DNA from: Verrucomicrobiales bacterium | Lineage (GTDB): Bacteria > Verrucomicrobiota > Verrucomicrobiia > Verrucomicrobiales > V1-33 | Reading direction: 5' to 3' | NCBI GenBank assembly: GCA_035550135.1 | Contig: DASZQB010000053.1 | Span: 17,782-81,781 of the forward strand | Length of the DNA stretch: 64,000 nt | In this document: positions 43,992 to 53,605 of the stretch, one piece after another | Numbering within the stretch: position 1 is the first letter of the stretch | Layout of the letters: each line of letters starts with the position of its first letter | Notes under the pieces: generated by a model | The model's database searches: none | What the model was told of the DNA's origin: nothing | The model's input: only the letters and a program-made list of their open reading frames with translations | Program-made: the position numbers and the translations under genes

Positions 43992-46218
43992 ACGGAATAG
44001 TGATAGCAACAGCGGTGCCCGCGCCTGGCTCACTGATGATGTGCAATTCGGCACTCATGGCGGCGGCGCGCTCGCGGATGCCTTTAAGACCAAAGCCTGA
44101 GGTTCGCGCCGCGGGGGCAGGCGCATTGACATCGAAGCCGCATCCATCGTCTCTCACCGTGAGCTGGACGCCGTGCTCAAGGAACTCAAGCGTCACGTGC
44201 AGGATGCGGGCGGACGCGTGATTGACGGCATTGGTGAGCGCCTCCTGGGCGATTCGCAGCAGATTGTTTTCCACCTCCGGAGGCAAAGGACGCGGCGATC
44301 CATCGATTGTTAGTTTGAGTTCCAGCGGACGCCCGCCGGTCAGCTGCTGTCCCAGTTTTTCGAGAGCCCCGGTGAGGCCGCATTCCTCCAGTGATTGCGC
44401 GCGCAGATTCCACACGGTGCGGCGGGATTCAGCGAGGCTTTCGCGCACCAGACTGCGGGCCAGATCCAGATGGCACATGGTGCCGGGAGCCGCCGTCGCG
44501 GCAAGCTGGTCGTTGAGCACTTCGAGTTGAACGGAGATGCCCGCAAATGCCTGGGCGAGCGTGTCGTGGATTTCCCGTGCGAGCCGGGTGCGCTCTCCGA
44601 GGACTGCCTGGAACTGGACGCGCGCCGCCTCGCGGGTGCGCGCCACCTCATGCAGCCTCCGGTGACCGCGCCACCAAACAGCGCCGAGCAGACCGAAGAG
44701 TCCCGCTCCCATCACCGCGAGCATCCAGGCGATCCGCACCGGTGTCCACCAGGGCGCCGCCTTTTCCCTAACAACATCCGGCACGTGGCGCACGAGCAGC
44801 GTGAAGCCCTGCGGCTGTCGGTAAGTCACCAGTGATTCCCAGTTCCCTACATCCACCGCGCACACTCCCGTTATCGCCAGTCTGCTGCCTGGCGTCCAGT
44901 CGTCCGGAGCCCTGCCAGGGACGCGCGCGACGAAATGCCTTTCTGAGTCGTCCAGCATGAGCAGGGTGCCGTCGCTGCTGCTCTCCACTGAGTTGAGCAG
45001 GCCTCGCACTTTGAGCAGACGACCGTCGAACTTCACCGCCTCCGCCGCGTTCACTTCCAGCGCCGGCGGTACCTGCCGCGCGCCGGAAGGACGCCAGTCG
45101 GCATCCCGCAGCACCGGCGAGTAAGCGCCGGGTTCGGGAAATCCGACCGCGTCGATGACTTCGCCGATCTCCGGCTGGGCGGCCTCGCGCAGAAAAATTT
45201 GCACACCGCGGGTCTCGTCCTGGAGAAAGAACGAACCGCCGGGCCGCAAAATGGTTACCGCGCCCCTGACCCTAACACGGTGCCCCGGCCCCGCCGGACC
45301 GGCGGTGCGCATTAATTGCTGGAGCGGCAGCGGAGGCAGATTGAAGGGATTGGCCGTGCCTGGTTCAATAACCTCGATGTCCTGCAGCGAGTGCGCATTG
45401 ATCATGGGCAAAAAGGTGTGGTGCTGCGAATCCATGCCGTGAAGACACACGCCGCGCACACGCACCCGCGCATCCACCAGTTCCGGATGTCCTGTGATTT
45501 CGTGCGTCACGTTCACGGTCACGCGTCCGCCGCCGCTGGCCAGTTCCAGGGCGAGCCAGCCGAGCCCGATTTCCGGATTCACCCGCTGCCCGCGCACGAC
45601 GCCGGCCAATTCCACACGCAGCGCATTCCAATCCGCCGCGAGCAGGTCTTCATAAACGGCGGACTTTGGCGCCGGCAGCGCGCCGGGCTGCAGCGCGCGA
45701 ATGGAATCCGTCCGCACCACCGGCCCGAAACCACTCTGCTCCACACGCCCCACCACTTCCACTTCCGTACCCACGCGGCAGTCCGCCGGCAGCTTCATGG
45801 CGGGCAGCCAAACACCGCCCGTCGCGTCCTGCAGGGTGATTTCTGTCTGCTCGGTATGCCATGAAAAGGTCAGCACTCCGCGCAGTCTAACCTGCGGATG
45901 CGCCTCCGTTGCCGCCAGCGGCAGCGCGCGCACCTCCGCCGCCGTGCGCAGCGGGAGCACGGATTCATCCGCACGACAGAGCGTTAGGCAGAGCAGCAGC
46001 ACCGCCAATATTCCGGGCCGCAGAGAAAAGTATCGCGATAAATCCGGCACGATACCGGATTTGATAACAGTTTCGCGCTTTGCGCCAGCGATGTTGCACC
46101 GGGCGCGGTCCCCCAAAAAGGGGAAGCGGCCTGCATTGTCCGGCGGCCTTCGCCCGGCACACTCGCTCCGGCTGTCCGGCAGGTCTTTGAATTGACAGGC
46201 GGAAGGCCAGGCGGGCAA
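43984..46218 (-). CDS. Sensor histidine kinase (HisKA_3/NarX-DesK type) with approx. 430-aa periplasmic sensor domain
   Basis: REIHDTLAQAFAGISVQLE H-box, HATPase GFGLKGIRERA. The 8-nt overlap with the regulator suggests coupling. The 5' end is uncertain: an in-frame GTG at 46047 just before the hydrophobic LRPGILAVLLLCLTLC is a likelier start. Confidence 0.8.
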   Translation of the reverse strand: MPAWPSACQFKDLPDSRSECAGRRPPDNAGRFPFLGDRARCNIAGAKRETVIKSGIVPDLSRYFSLRPGILAVLLLCLTLCRADESVLPLRTAAEVRALPLAATEAHPQVRLRGVLTFSWHTEQTEITLQDATGGVWLPAMKLPADCRVGTEVEVVGRVEQSGFGPVVRTDSIRALQPGALPAPKSAVYEDLLAADWNALRVELAGVVRGQRVNPEIGLGWLALELASGGGRVTVNVTHEITGHPELVDARVRVRGVCLHGMDSQHHTFLPMINAHSLQDIEVIEPGTANPFNLPPLPLQQLMRTAGPAGPGHRVRVRGAVTILRPGGSFFLQDETRGVQIFLREAAQPEIGEVIDAVGFPEPGAYSPVLRDADWRPSGARQVPPALEVNAAEAVKFDGRLLKVRGLLNSVESSSDGTLLMLDDSERHFVARVPGRAPDDWTPGSRLAITGVCAVDVGNWESLVTYRQPQGFTLLVRHVPDVVREKAAPWWTPVRIAWMLAVMGAGLFGLLGAVWWRGHRRLHEVARTREAARVQFQAVLGERTRLAREIHDTLAQAFAGISVQLEVLNDQLAATAAPGTMCHLDLARSLVRESLAESRRTVWNLRAQSLEECGLTGALEKLGQQLTGGRPLELKLTIDGSPRPLPPEVENNLLRIAQEALTNAVNHASARILHVTLEFLEHGVQLTVRDDGCGFDVNAPAPAARTSGFGLKGIRERAAAMSAELHIISEPGAGTAVAITIPYV

Positions 46219-46226
46219 ACTCCGAT

Positions 46227-47162
46227 ATGCACACCAGGTTTACTTTTCTCCTCACCCTCCTCGGCGCGTTTCTCGCCGTCGGCTGCAACCGCTCCCCGCA
46301 GGCCTCCGGCGGCGGTGCAAAACTGTTTGCCGTATCCTTCCAGACGCTCAACAACCCGTTCTTCATCGAGCTCAACGAAGGACTCAAAGCGGTGGTCGAG
46401 TCAAAGAACGCGAAACTCGTCACGCTGGATGCGCAGTTCAATTCGCAGAAGCAGAAGAACGACATCGCCGACATCCTGCAGCAGGAGCCTGCCGCTGTCT
46501 TCATCAATCCGGTGAACTGGGAGGGGATCAAAGGCTCGCTCATCGAAGCGAAGCGGAAGAACATTCCCGTCATTATTGTGGATGCCCCGGTCAGCGAGCC
46601 GGATCTGGTGCTTTGTCAGGTGGCGAGTGACAATGTGGAGGCGGGAAGGCTGGCTTGTCAGGCGCTCGCGCAGGCGAATCCCAACGCGAAGGTCGTCATC
46701 CTTCACCTCAGTCTGAACAAAGCCTGCATCGACCGCGTGGAGGGCTTCAAGTCGGAGATGGCCAAACATCCCGGCATGACCATCCTCGACACCAAGGAGG
46801 GCAAGGGCAGCGCGGAGGCGGCGCGCCCCGTGATGCAGGACCTCCTGGGACGCTTCCCGGAACTCGATGCCGCTTTTCCCATCAACGATCCCAGCGCGCT
46901 CGGCGCCATCTCCGCCATCGAGGCTGCGGGCAAGGCCGGCAAAGTCACGGTTGTTAGCGTGGACGGCTCGCAGCCCGGCATCGAAGCCGTGCTCGCCGGC
47001 AAACTGCACTCCACCTCCGCACAGTATCCGAGGCAGATCGGCACCATCGCAGGAGAGAAGGCGTTTGCGCATCTCGCCGGGGAGAAGGTGGAAAAGGACA
47101 TCAAAGTCCCGGTAAAGCTCCTAACCAAAGAAAACGCCGGCGAATTTCTCAAGGCTAAGTGA
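46227..47162 (+). CDS. Sugar ABC transporter substrate-binding lipoprotein (RbsB/FrcB, Peripla_BP_4 family)
   Basis: Lipobox FLAVGC. FAVSFQTLNNPFF, DAQFNSQKQKNDI, INDPSALGA patterns of ribose/fructose-type binding proteins. Confidence 0.85.
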   Translation: MHTRFTFLLTLLGAFLAVGCNRSPQASGGGAKLFAVSFQTLNNPFFIELNEGLKAVVESKNAKLVTLDAQFNSQKQKNDIADILQQEPAAVFINPVNWEGIKGSLIEAKRKNIPVIIVDAPVSEPDLVLCQVASDNVEAGRLACQALAQANPNAKVVILHLSLNKACIDRVEGFKSEMAKHPGMTILDTKEGKGSAEAARPVMQDLLGRFPELDAAFPINDPSALGAISAIEAAGKAGKVTVVSVDGSQPGIEAVLAGKLHSTSAQYPRQIGTIAGEKAFAHLAGEKVEKDIKVPVKLLTKENAGEFLKAK

Positions 47163-48724
47163 TCGCGACTCCTGCATCTCCGCAGCCGCTGCTCGTGCTG
47201 CGCGGCATCCGCAAACGTTTTGGCGGCGTCGTTGCGCTCGACGGCGTGGACTTTGATCTTCACGCCGGTGAGATTCACGCCCTGCTGGGAGAGAACGGCG
47301 CGGGCAAGTCCACGCTCATCAGGATTCTTGCCGGTTTGCACAGGCCGGATGAAGGGACGGTGCTGATGGATGGCGCACCGGCGCAGACCGGCAGCGTGAC
47401 CAGTGCACAGCAGGCGGGCATTCGCGTGATTCACCAGGAACTGACTCTCGCTCCGAATCTGACCATCGCGGAAAATCTCTTTCTCGGACGCGAGCCTCGC
47501 CGGTTCGGCCTGCTGGATCACCGGCGGATGCGCGCAGAGGCGCAGCGGCTGTTGAGCGAACTGGGCTTCAGTGAACTCAGCGATGTGCTGCAGCGTGCGG
47601 GCGAATTGAACACGGCACGGCAGCAGTTGGTGGAAATTGCGCGCGCGCTCATCGGCAGCGCGCGCATTCTCGTGCTGGATGAACCGACCGCCTCTCTCAG
47701 CGAAGCGGAGGCCCGCCTTCTTTTTACGCGCCTCAAGCGGCTGCGCAGCGAGGGCGTCGGCATTATCTATATTTCACACCGGCTGGATGAAATCGGACAG
47801 CTCGCGGACCGCATCACTGTCCTGCGAGATGGCCGCAGCATTGGCACGCTGCCTGCGGCCAGTGTGGATACGAACCGCCTTATCTCATGGATGGTGGGCC
47901 GCGAACTGCGCGAGCACTATCCGCGTCCGACGCATGTGCCGGGTGAGGTCGCACTCAGTGTGCGCGATCTGCGTGCGCCGGGCGTCAATGGCGTTAGCTT
48001 CGATCTTCATGCCGGCGAAGTGCTCGGACTGGCCGGTCTCGTCGGTGCGGGACGCACGGAGCTGGCCCGCGCCCTGGCGGGACTGGCACCGGTGTTCTCA
48101 GGAGAAATCTCCGCCGGGGGGAGGGTTGTTAGGTTCCGGTCTGTCGCTGACGCCCGCGCCGCCGGTATCGTGCTCGTGCCGGAAGACCGGAAGCGGGAGG
48201 GGCTGGTGATGAACCAGACTCTAGGTTTCAATCTCGCCCTGCCGTGGACGCATTTGTGGAATCGCGGCATCGCCCGTGATTCCAACCGCCGCGCCGGTCT
48301 TATCAATAAAGCGGCGAGCACTTTTCACATCAAAGCCTCCAGTGCCGATGCCGGAGTGGCCACACTTTCAGGAGGCAACCAGCAGAAGGCGGTGATCAGC
48401 AAATGGATGGAGCAGCCGCCGAAGGTGCTCATTCTCGACGAACCAACGCGTGGCGTGGATGTTGGCGCCCGGGAGGAGATCTTTGCGCTCATTGGCCGGC
48501 TCGTCGCGCAGCGCATGGCAGTGCTGCTGATTTCCTCCGATCTGCCGGAAGTGATGAATCTTTCCCATCGTCTCGCATTGTACCGCGAGGGCCGCATTCT
48601 TTGTGAGGGCGCAGCCGGAGATTTCACTCCCGAGGAAGTGATGTCCCGGCTGACACTGCACACCCCGCCGCCGGCGCCTGTGCCTCCGCCGGTCACTGCG
48701 TCTTTAACCGTTTTGCATGAATAA
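47159..48724 (+). CDS. Sugar ABC transporter ATP-binding protein, fused double ABC cassette (RbsA-like)
   Basis: Walker A GENGAGKST, signatures LNTARQQLVEIA and LSGGNQQKAVI, Walker B ILVLDEPT / VLILDEPT. GTG start overlapping the upstream stop. Confidence 0.9.
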   Translation: MIATPASPQPLLVLRGIRKRFGGVVALDGVDFDLHAGEIHALLGENGAGKSTLIRILAGLHRPDEGTVLMDGAPAQTGSVTSAQQAGIRVIHQELTLAPNLTIAENLFLGREPRRFGLLDHRRMRAEAQRLLSELGFSELSDVLQRAGELNTARQQLVEIARALIGSARILVLDEPTASLSEAEARLLFTRLKRLRSEGVGIIYISHRLDEIGQLADRITVLRDGRSIGTLPAASVDTNRLISWMVGRELREHYPRPTHVPGEVALSVRDLRAPGVNGVSFDLHAGEVLGLAGLVGAGRTELARALAGLAPVFSGEISAGGRVVRFRSVADARAAGIVLVPEDRKREGLVMNQTLGFNLALPWTHLWNRGIARDSNRRAGLINKAASTFHIKASSADAGVATLSGGNQQKAVISKWMEQPPKVLILDEPTRGVDVGAREEIFALIGRLVAQRMAVLLISSDLPEVMNLSHRLALYREGRILCEGAAGDFTPEEVMSRLTLHTPPPAPVPPPVTASLTVLHE

Positions 48725-49649
48725 CTTTCGCGCTTTCATTCCGCTGCTGGCAGCCATCGCGCTTCTCCTGACGGTGTTTACCCTGTGGGTGCCGGAGGGC
48801 CGGTTCCTGACGAACGGGAACCTGATGGATCTGGCGCAACAGATATCGGTGAATGCGATCCTCGCATTCGGTCTCACACTCGTTATTCTAACAGGCGGTA
48901 TTGATCTCAGCGTGGGCGCTGTGGTGGCACTCTCGGGTGTCGTCTGTGTGAGCGTGTTACCCTCCGCCGGACCTGCCGGGGGCATCGTTGCCGGCCTGGG
49001 AGCCGCTACCCTGCTCGGCGCTGGCAATGGCGTCTGCGCCGCATGGACACGGATGCCTCCGTTCATCATCACATTGGCCACGATGCTCATCGCGCGTGGT
49101 CTGGCGCTGGGCTTCAACGAAAGCCGGCCCATGCCCGTTACGTCGGATCAGACGTTCTTCCTCGCCCTGGGAAATGAGCGTCTGGGCGGCTGGCTTCCAG
49201 TGCCGGTCGTTATTATGTTAGGGGTATTCGTGCTCGCGTCGCTGCTGCTGCACCGCACGCGGTTTGGCCAGCATCTCTTTGCCATCGGCGGCAATCGTGA
49301 AGCCGCGCGCTGCACCGGCATCGCCATCAGCAAATGCGAGATCACGGTGTATGCCCTTTGTGGTCTGTGCGCCGGACTGGCCGGGCTGATCAATGCGTCT
49401 CAACTCTATTCCGCGGAACCGGGAGCCGGTCAGGGCTTCGAACTCAGCGCCATCGCCGCGGTAGTCGTGGGCGGTACCAGTTTCTCCGGCGGCATCGGTG
49501 CTATCCCCGGCACGCTGCTGGGCGCGATCATTATCGGCATCCTCGACAAGGGCCTCAACCAGGCGGGCGTTCACTTCTCGCTGCAATACATCGTCAAAGG
49601 TGCCGTGATCCTCGCCGCAGTGGGACTGGATGTGCGCCGCCGCAAATAA
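48717..49649 (+). CDS. Sugar ABC transporter permease (RbsC/BPD_transp_2 family)
   Basis: About 9 TM helices. LTGGIDLSVGAV and TSFSGGIGAIPGTLLGA motifs. 8-nt overlap with the ATPase gene. Confidence 0.9.
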   Translation: MNNFRAFIPLLAAIALLLTVFTLWVPEGRFLTNGNLMDLAQQISVNAILAFGLTLVILTGGIDLSVGAVVALSGVVCVSVLPSAGPAGGIVAGLGAATLLGAGNGVCAAWTRMPPFIITLATMLIARGLALGFNESRPMPVTSDQTFFLALGNERLGGWLPVPVVIMLGVFVLASLLLHRTRFGQHLFAIGGNREAARCTGIAISKCEITVYALCGLCAGLAGLINASQLYSAEPGAGQGFELSAIAAVVVGGTSFSGGIGAIPGTLLGAIIIGILDKGLNQAGVHFSLQYIVKGAVILAAVGLDVRRRK

Positions 49650-49685
49650 ATCCTTCGTATTCCTAACCTCCCAAATCCGGTAAAT

Positions 49686-51884
49686 ATGACAATCCGATAC
49701 CTCTCTCTTTTCGCTGTACTCATCCTGCCGCGCTCCGGCCAGGCTCAACAGAATCCAGCGAAACTGGAAACCCTGAAAGACAAAACGCTCGTCGTGTGGG
49801 CTGCGCCCGCAAATCTGGATCAGTCGGGCGGCAGTGCCCTGACAATCGACGACCAGCGTCAGAATTTCGACGGCATCGTCTTCGGCGAACTTGCCCCGGC
49901 GCGCTGGATGGCAGGGAGCAATCTCTTCCGCCGCACCAACCAAAACCAGAAAGACGTGCCTCCGGAGACTGCGGACGCGAAAACCTTCGTGCAGATCGCG
50001 GTCGTGTATAAAGGAAGAGAGATTACCATTCTCCGCAACGGCGCGCCGATTTCGCGTTACCAGGGCGGAGAGCAGCAGCCGTTTGGAAGCGACAGTGCGG
50101 CCGTGCTCGGCCTGCGGCATCTCGACGCCGCGGATGGCGCGTGTTTCGCAGGGGCGATCGACGATGCGCGCATCTATGGGACCGCGCTCACCGAAGCACA
50201 GATCAAGGCGCTTAAGCCTAACGCTCCCTCCGATCCCAAACCAGTGGCGTGGTGGAGTTTTGAAGACGGAAAGGGCGAGGACGCAATGAACGCGTTCCCG
50301 CCCGGGCGGTTGAACGGCAAGGCGCGCATCGAGGCCGGAAAGCTTGTGCTCGATGGCGAAGACAGTTACTTCGTCACACCTCCCTCGGCCAAAGTCAAAA
50401 CAGCCGCCGCGCCCGGTCCGGATGTGCCCGAGGAATTCATCCTGAACTATCACCTCATGCACCCCGGCGCGGAAAGCATGCCAGGCGATCCTAACGCGGC
50501 CATCTTCCTCGATGGCACCTATCATCTCCACTACATTCTCGCGCACCCGTACCGCGGCCGCGGCTCGTTCAGTTTCGTTCACGTCACCAGCACGGACATG
50601 CTGCACTGGAAATGGCAGACGACGAAATTGCAGCCTTCCTTCACCGGCCATGGCATGTTCAGCGGCACCGCGTTCCTAACTAAAGAAGGACTGCCTGCCG
50701 CGATTTATCACGGGCAGGGCGCCGGGAGGAACTTCATCGCGATCGCAAAAGACCGCGCCATTTCCGCCTGGGAAAAGCCGTTTCCCATCGAAGTGAAGAA
50801 AGCGGACGGAACGGAAGTAAAGATCAATCACTGGGACCCGGACTGCTTCCTGATCGGAGACACCTATTATTCCATCTCCGGCGGTAACAATCCGCCGGTA
50901 TTGAAATCGCAGGACCTCAAGAACTGGACGCTCATCGGTGATTTCGTGCGCGAACTGCCGCAGAACTCGGTCATCGGAGAGGACATCTCCTGTCCTAACT
51001 TCTTTAAATTCGGCGACAAATGGATGCTCCTGTGCATCAGCCATCCGATGGGCTGCCGTTATTTCCTTGGCGACTGGGATGACAAAGCCGGCCAGTTCGT
51101 GCCGCAAAAGCTCGCGCGGATGAATTTTGAGCGCCGCGACCAGTCGCCGTGGGGAGTGTTTAACCGCACCGATTTCTTTGCACCCGAGAGTCTGCTGACG
51201 CCCGACGGGCGCCGCGTCATGTGGGCATGGGTGGTTTCCGCGGGACCTGGCGGCAAGCTGGCGCACAAAACCATTCAGTCTCTCCCGCGCGAACTCAGCC
51301 TGCCGGCGGACGGCGTGCTGCGCATCAGGCCGTTGCGCGAACTTGAAGGTCAGCGCGGCGCGGCACAAACGCTGGAGGCGGTGAAAGTCGCGCGGCCTGT
51401 GACCGGACACACCGACCGCGTGCCGCCCTCCGCCGCGCCGCAGTTGCAGCGCATCGCCGAACTTCCCGGCGACTCCGTGGAAATCCGCGTCACCATTCCC
51501 CGCGCCGAAGCAGCGCGGAAAATGTTCGGCTTTGTCCTCTTCGCCGACGGCAAAGGCGGCGGGCTGCCCATCATGTTGCTGCCGGAGACCGGCATGCTTC
51601 GCGTCGGAACTGCGGAAGCGCCCTTCGCCGTCGCCGGCCTGCCCGCAGGCGAAGACGTGGAACTGCGCATCTTCGTGGATAAATACCTCGTCGAAGTCTT
51701 TGCCAACGACCGGCAGGCCGTTCTCGCCGCACATCTCGAACAGGCAGGCAAACGCGGACTCGATGCCTTCACCGTCGGCGCGCCCACCACCTTCAAGCGT
51801 GTGGACATCTGGCCGCTCAAACCCACGAATGAAGGCTTCCTCGACGCTCAAAAGAACCGCGTCTGGGAACCGAAGCGGAAGTGA
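49686..51884 (+). CDS. Secreted LamG domain + GH32-like (clan GH-J five-bladed propeller + beta-sandwich) glycoside hydrolase
   Basis: Signal peptide. N-terminal LamG with FDGIVFGE...WMAGSN. Then PGDPNAAIFLDGTYHLHY (compare WMNDPNG..Y.G.YHLFYQ), HWDPDCF (compare RDP) and ISCPNFF (compare ECPDFF). Confidence 0.65.
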   Translation: MTIRYLSLFAVLILPRSGQAQQNPAKLETLKDKTLVVWAAPANLDQSGGSALTIDDQRQNFDGIVFGELAPARWMAGSNLFRRTNQNQKDVPPETADAKTFVQIAVVYKGREITILRNGAPISRYQGGEQQPFGSDSAAVLGLRHLDAADGACFAGAIDDARIYGTALTEAQIKALKPNAPSDPKPVAWWSFEDGKGEDAMNAFPPGRLNGKARIEAGKLVLDGEDSYFVTPPSAKVKTAAAPGPDVPEEFILNYHLMHPGAESMPGDPNAAIFLDGTYHLHYILAHPYRGRGSFSFVHVTSTDMLHWKWQTTKLQPSFTGHGMFSGTAFLTKEGLPAAIYHGQGAGRNFIAIAKDRAISAWEKPFPIEVKKADGTEVKINHWDPDCFLIGDTYYSISGGNNPPVLKSQDLKNWTLIGDFVRELPQNSVIGEDISCPNFFKFGDKWMLLCISHPMGCRYFLGDWDDKAGQFVPQKLARMNFERRDQSPWGVFNRTDFFAPESLLTPDGRRVMWAWVVSAGPGGKLAHKTIQSLPRELSLPADGVLRIRPLRELEGQRGAAQTLEAVKVARPVTGHTDRVPPSAAPQLQRIAELPGDSVEIRVTIPRAEAARKMFGFVLFADGKGGGLPIMLLPETGMLRVGTAEAPFAVAGLPAGEDVELRIFVDKYLVEVFANDRQAVLAAHLEQAGKRGLDAFTVGAPTTFKRVDIWPLKPTNEGFLDAQKNRVWEPKRK

Positions 51885-51898
51885 GAAGGGAAGGGGAC

Positions 51899-51928
51899 GC
51901 GCCCCGTTCGGGCTTTCCGAACGGGGCG
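51899..51928. terminator. GC-rich hairpin between convergent genes (possible bidirectional terminator)
   Basis: GCCCCGTTCGG (51901-51911) / loop GCTTT / CCGAACGGGGC (51917-51927), an 11-bp perfect stem. No flanking U-tract. Confidence 0.45.
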
Positions 51929-51938
51929 TTGCGGTGAC

Positions 51939-52679
51939 TCAGCGGGAGGCGAGTTCGCGTTCCACTTCGACCTCCTCTTTGCGGACCGTATCAGAGACGG
52001 TTTCGCTGCGGGAGGTTGCCTTCTTCGTGGCTTTCACGGCACCGGCGGATTGGACGGTTTTTTGAACCACCGCCTTTTCTTCACTCACCGGAATGGACAC
52101 GACCTGCTCAACGAACGCCTCGGAGCCCGGCGTTTTGCCTCCTCCCGAAACACGCTCGACGACGACTTCCTCGCGCCGGAGTTCGACCGGTTGATTGACG
52201 ACCTCGGTGCGCACTACTTTGCGAAGGCGCACCTCGCCAAGCTTCTCCTCGCGCTTGCCGACTTGAATCGTTTCCCTGGCGAGCGGCACTTCCACGGGAT
52301 TGCCCGTGGCCGCCGCCACGCTGCTGCGCGCACTTTTTTCCGTCCCGCAGGCGCAGGCCGCGTCATAGGTGCCTGCCTCCAGGCCATAGTGGCGATAGAG
52401 CCGCGCCTCTTCCATGTCGCTTAGATCCGTTGTGTGGTCGTAGCTGGGCGAAGCTTTGATGGTATCTTCGTCGCACGGGACGCGCACCGTTTCTTTGGAG
52501 CTGTCCACGGTCATGCCGCGGGCGGGTATGATGTGGTTTTGCCCGAGCCCCAGCCAGCCGGTGCTGACTCCGATAAACTGGATGGAGCCGCTCGCATCCT
52601 TCCAGATGTTTTCAATCTTGCCGACCTTTTCGTCATTGCGGTCATAGACCGTGTAATCAAAGAGTTCCGTAGAGTTCAT
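51939..52679 (-). CDS. PRC-barrel + YsnF/AvaK (DUF2382) stress-response protein
   Basis: YTVYDRNDEKVGKIENIWKD...IIPARGMTV (PRC barrel). VPLARETIQVGKREEKLGEVRLRKVVRTEVVNQPVELRREEVVVERV (DUF2382 repeat). Start set at MNSTELF (52679). Confidence 0.75.
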   Translation of the reverse strand: MNSTELFDYTVYDRNDEKVGKIENIWKDASGSIQFIGVSTGWLGLGQNHIIPARGMTVDSSKETVRVPCDEDTIKASPSYDHTTDLSDMEEARLYRHYGLEAGTYDAACACGTEKSARSSVAAATGNPVEVPLARETIQVGKREEKLGEVRLRKVVRTEVVNQPVELRREEVVVERVSGGGKTPGSEAFVEQVVSIPVSEEKAVVQKTVQSAGAVKATKKATSRSETVSDTVRKEEVEVERELASR

Positions 52680-52912
52680 AGCATTGTGTTTGTAAGAGGG
52701 TAGGTGAGCGGCGCATCCGCTCAATCTGTGCCACAATTCGAGTGACGGTTCAGCCCCGGCGGCTCCTGATTTAAGGGAATTCCGGAATCGAATCATTGCA
52801 AAGAAACCCGTTGGTAACAGGCAGGTTGCACACCTGCGGCATTGCTCTTCTTTATGAACCGCTGTGATTAAGGTGCGAAGGTTTTTCGCGCGCGGTACGC
52901 TTTCAGCAGTGG

Positions 52913-53575
52913 GTGGCTCATCCTGCTCCACGACCTATGACGATTCTTCCCGCTGCTTCTTCCCGACTGGCCAGTTTTGATTCCGATTACTGGAGGCGGC
53001 GGTTTCCGTCGGAGCCTTACGCCGGAAACGGCGAATCGTTTGAGGACTACGAACCGGCCTATCGCTTTGGTCATTCGCTGCAGGGAATGATGGACGAGTT
53101 TGAGACGTGGGAGGACGAGACTGAAGCGCTGTGGGACGAGACGAAGGGCGAGTGCCGGTTGTCATGGGAACAGGCGCGGGAAGCCATCCGCGCCGGTTGG
53201 GAGCATGCCGAACGGCAGGTGGAGTCGAAGTTCGATGCAGCGGTGCGAAGCGGAGGAGAAAAACTCTGTGCGGCGTATCATCAATTTGAAGACCGGGTTC
53301 GGCGCTCTCCGGGCGAGTATGTGCTGGGCGGTGTCGTCACGGGTTATGTCGCCAGCCGGCTGCCGGTGCGTTCCTTTGTCGCCACCTCGGTGGGACTCGC
53401 TGCGGCGGTGGCGCCGGCGGCGCTCGTCTGTCTCGGCATCTATAAAGTGGCTGAGCGCGCCTTGAATCGACGCGCGCGCAAATCACGAAGCGACGCCGTG
53501 GAGCAGACCCCGGCACCGGCGGAAATCGACGGTTTGGAGAGAGAGCCCCTGGTTATCGCGACAGACGTCGTTTGA
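52913..53575 (+). CDS. Hypothetical protein with acidic W/E-rich N-domain and C-terminal membrane helices
   Basis: DYWRRRFPSEPY...FEDYEPAYRFG pattern, then YVLGGVVTGYVASRL / VGLAAAVAPAALVCLGIY helices. The start could be 52937. Confidence 0.5.
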   Translation: MAHPAPRPMTILPAASSRLASFDSDYWRRRFPSEPYAGNGESFEDYEPAYRFGHSLQGMMDEFETWEDETEALWDETKGECRLSWEQAREAIRAGWEHAERQVESKFDAAVRSGGEKLCAAYHQFEDRVRRSPGEYVLGGVVTGYVASRLPVRSFVATSVGLAAAVAPAALVCLGIYKVAERALNRRARKSRSDAVEQTPAPAEIDGLEREPLVIATDVV

Positions 53576-53605
53576 CGTGCTCCTGGTCGGACGCTGATTC
53601 GAAAC

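Noticed and set aside
49218-51851. Two long minus-strand ORFs (477 aa and 391 aa)
   Set aside because: They are antisense to the ABC permease and GH32-like genes. They have no motifs, and the plus-strand genes are strongly supported.
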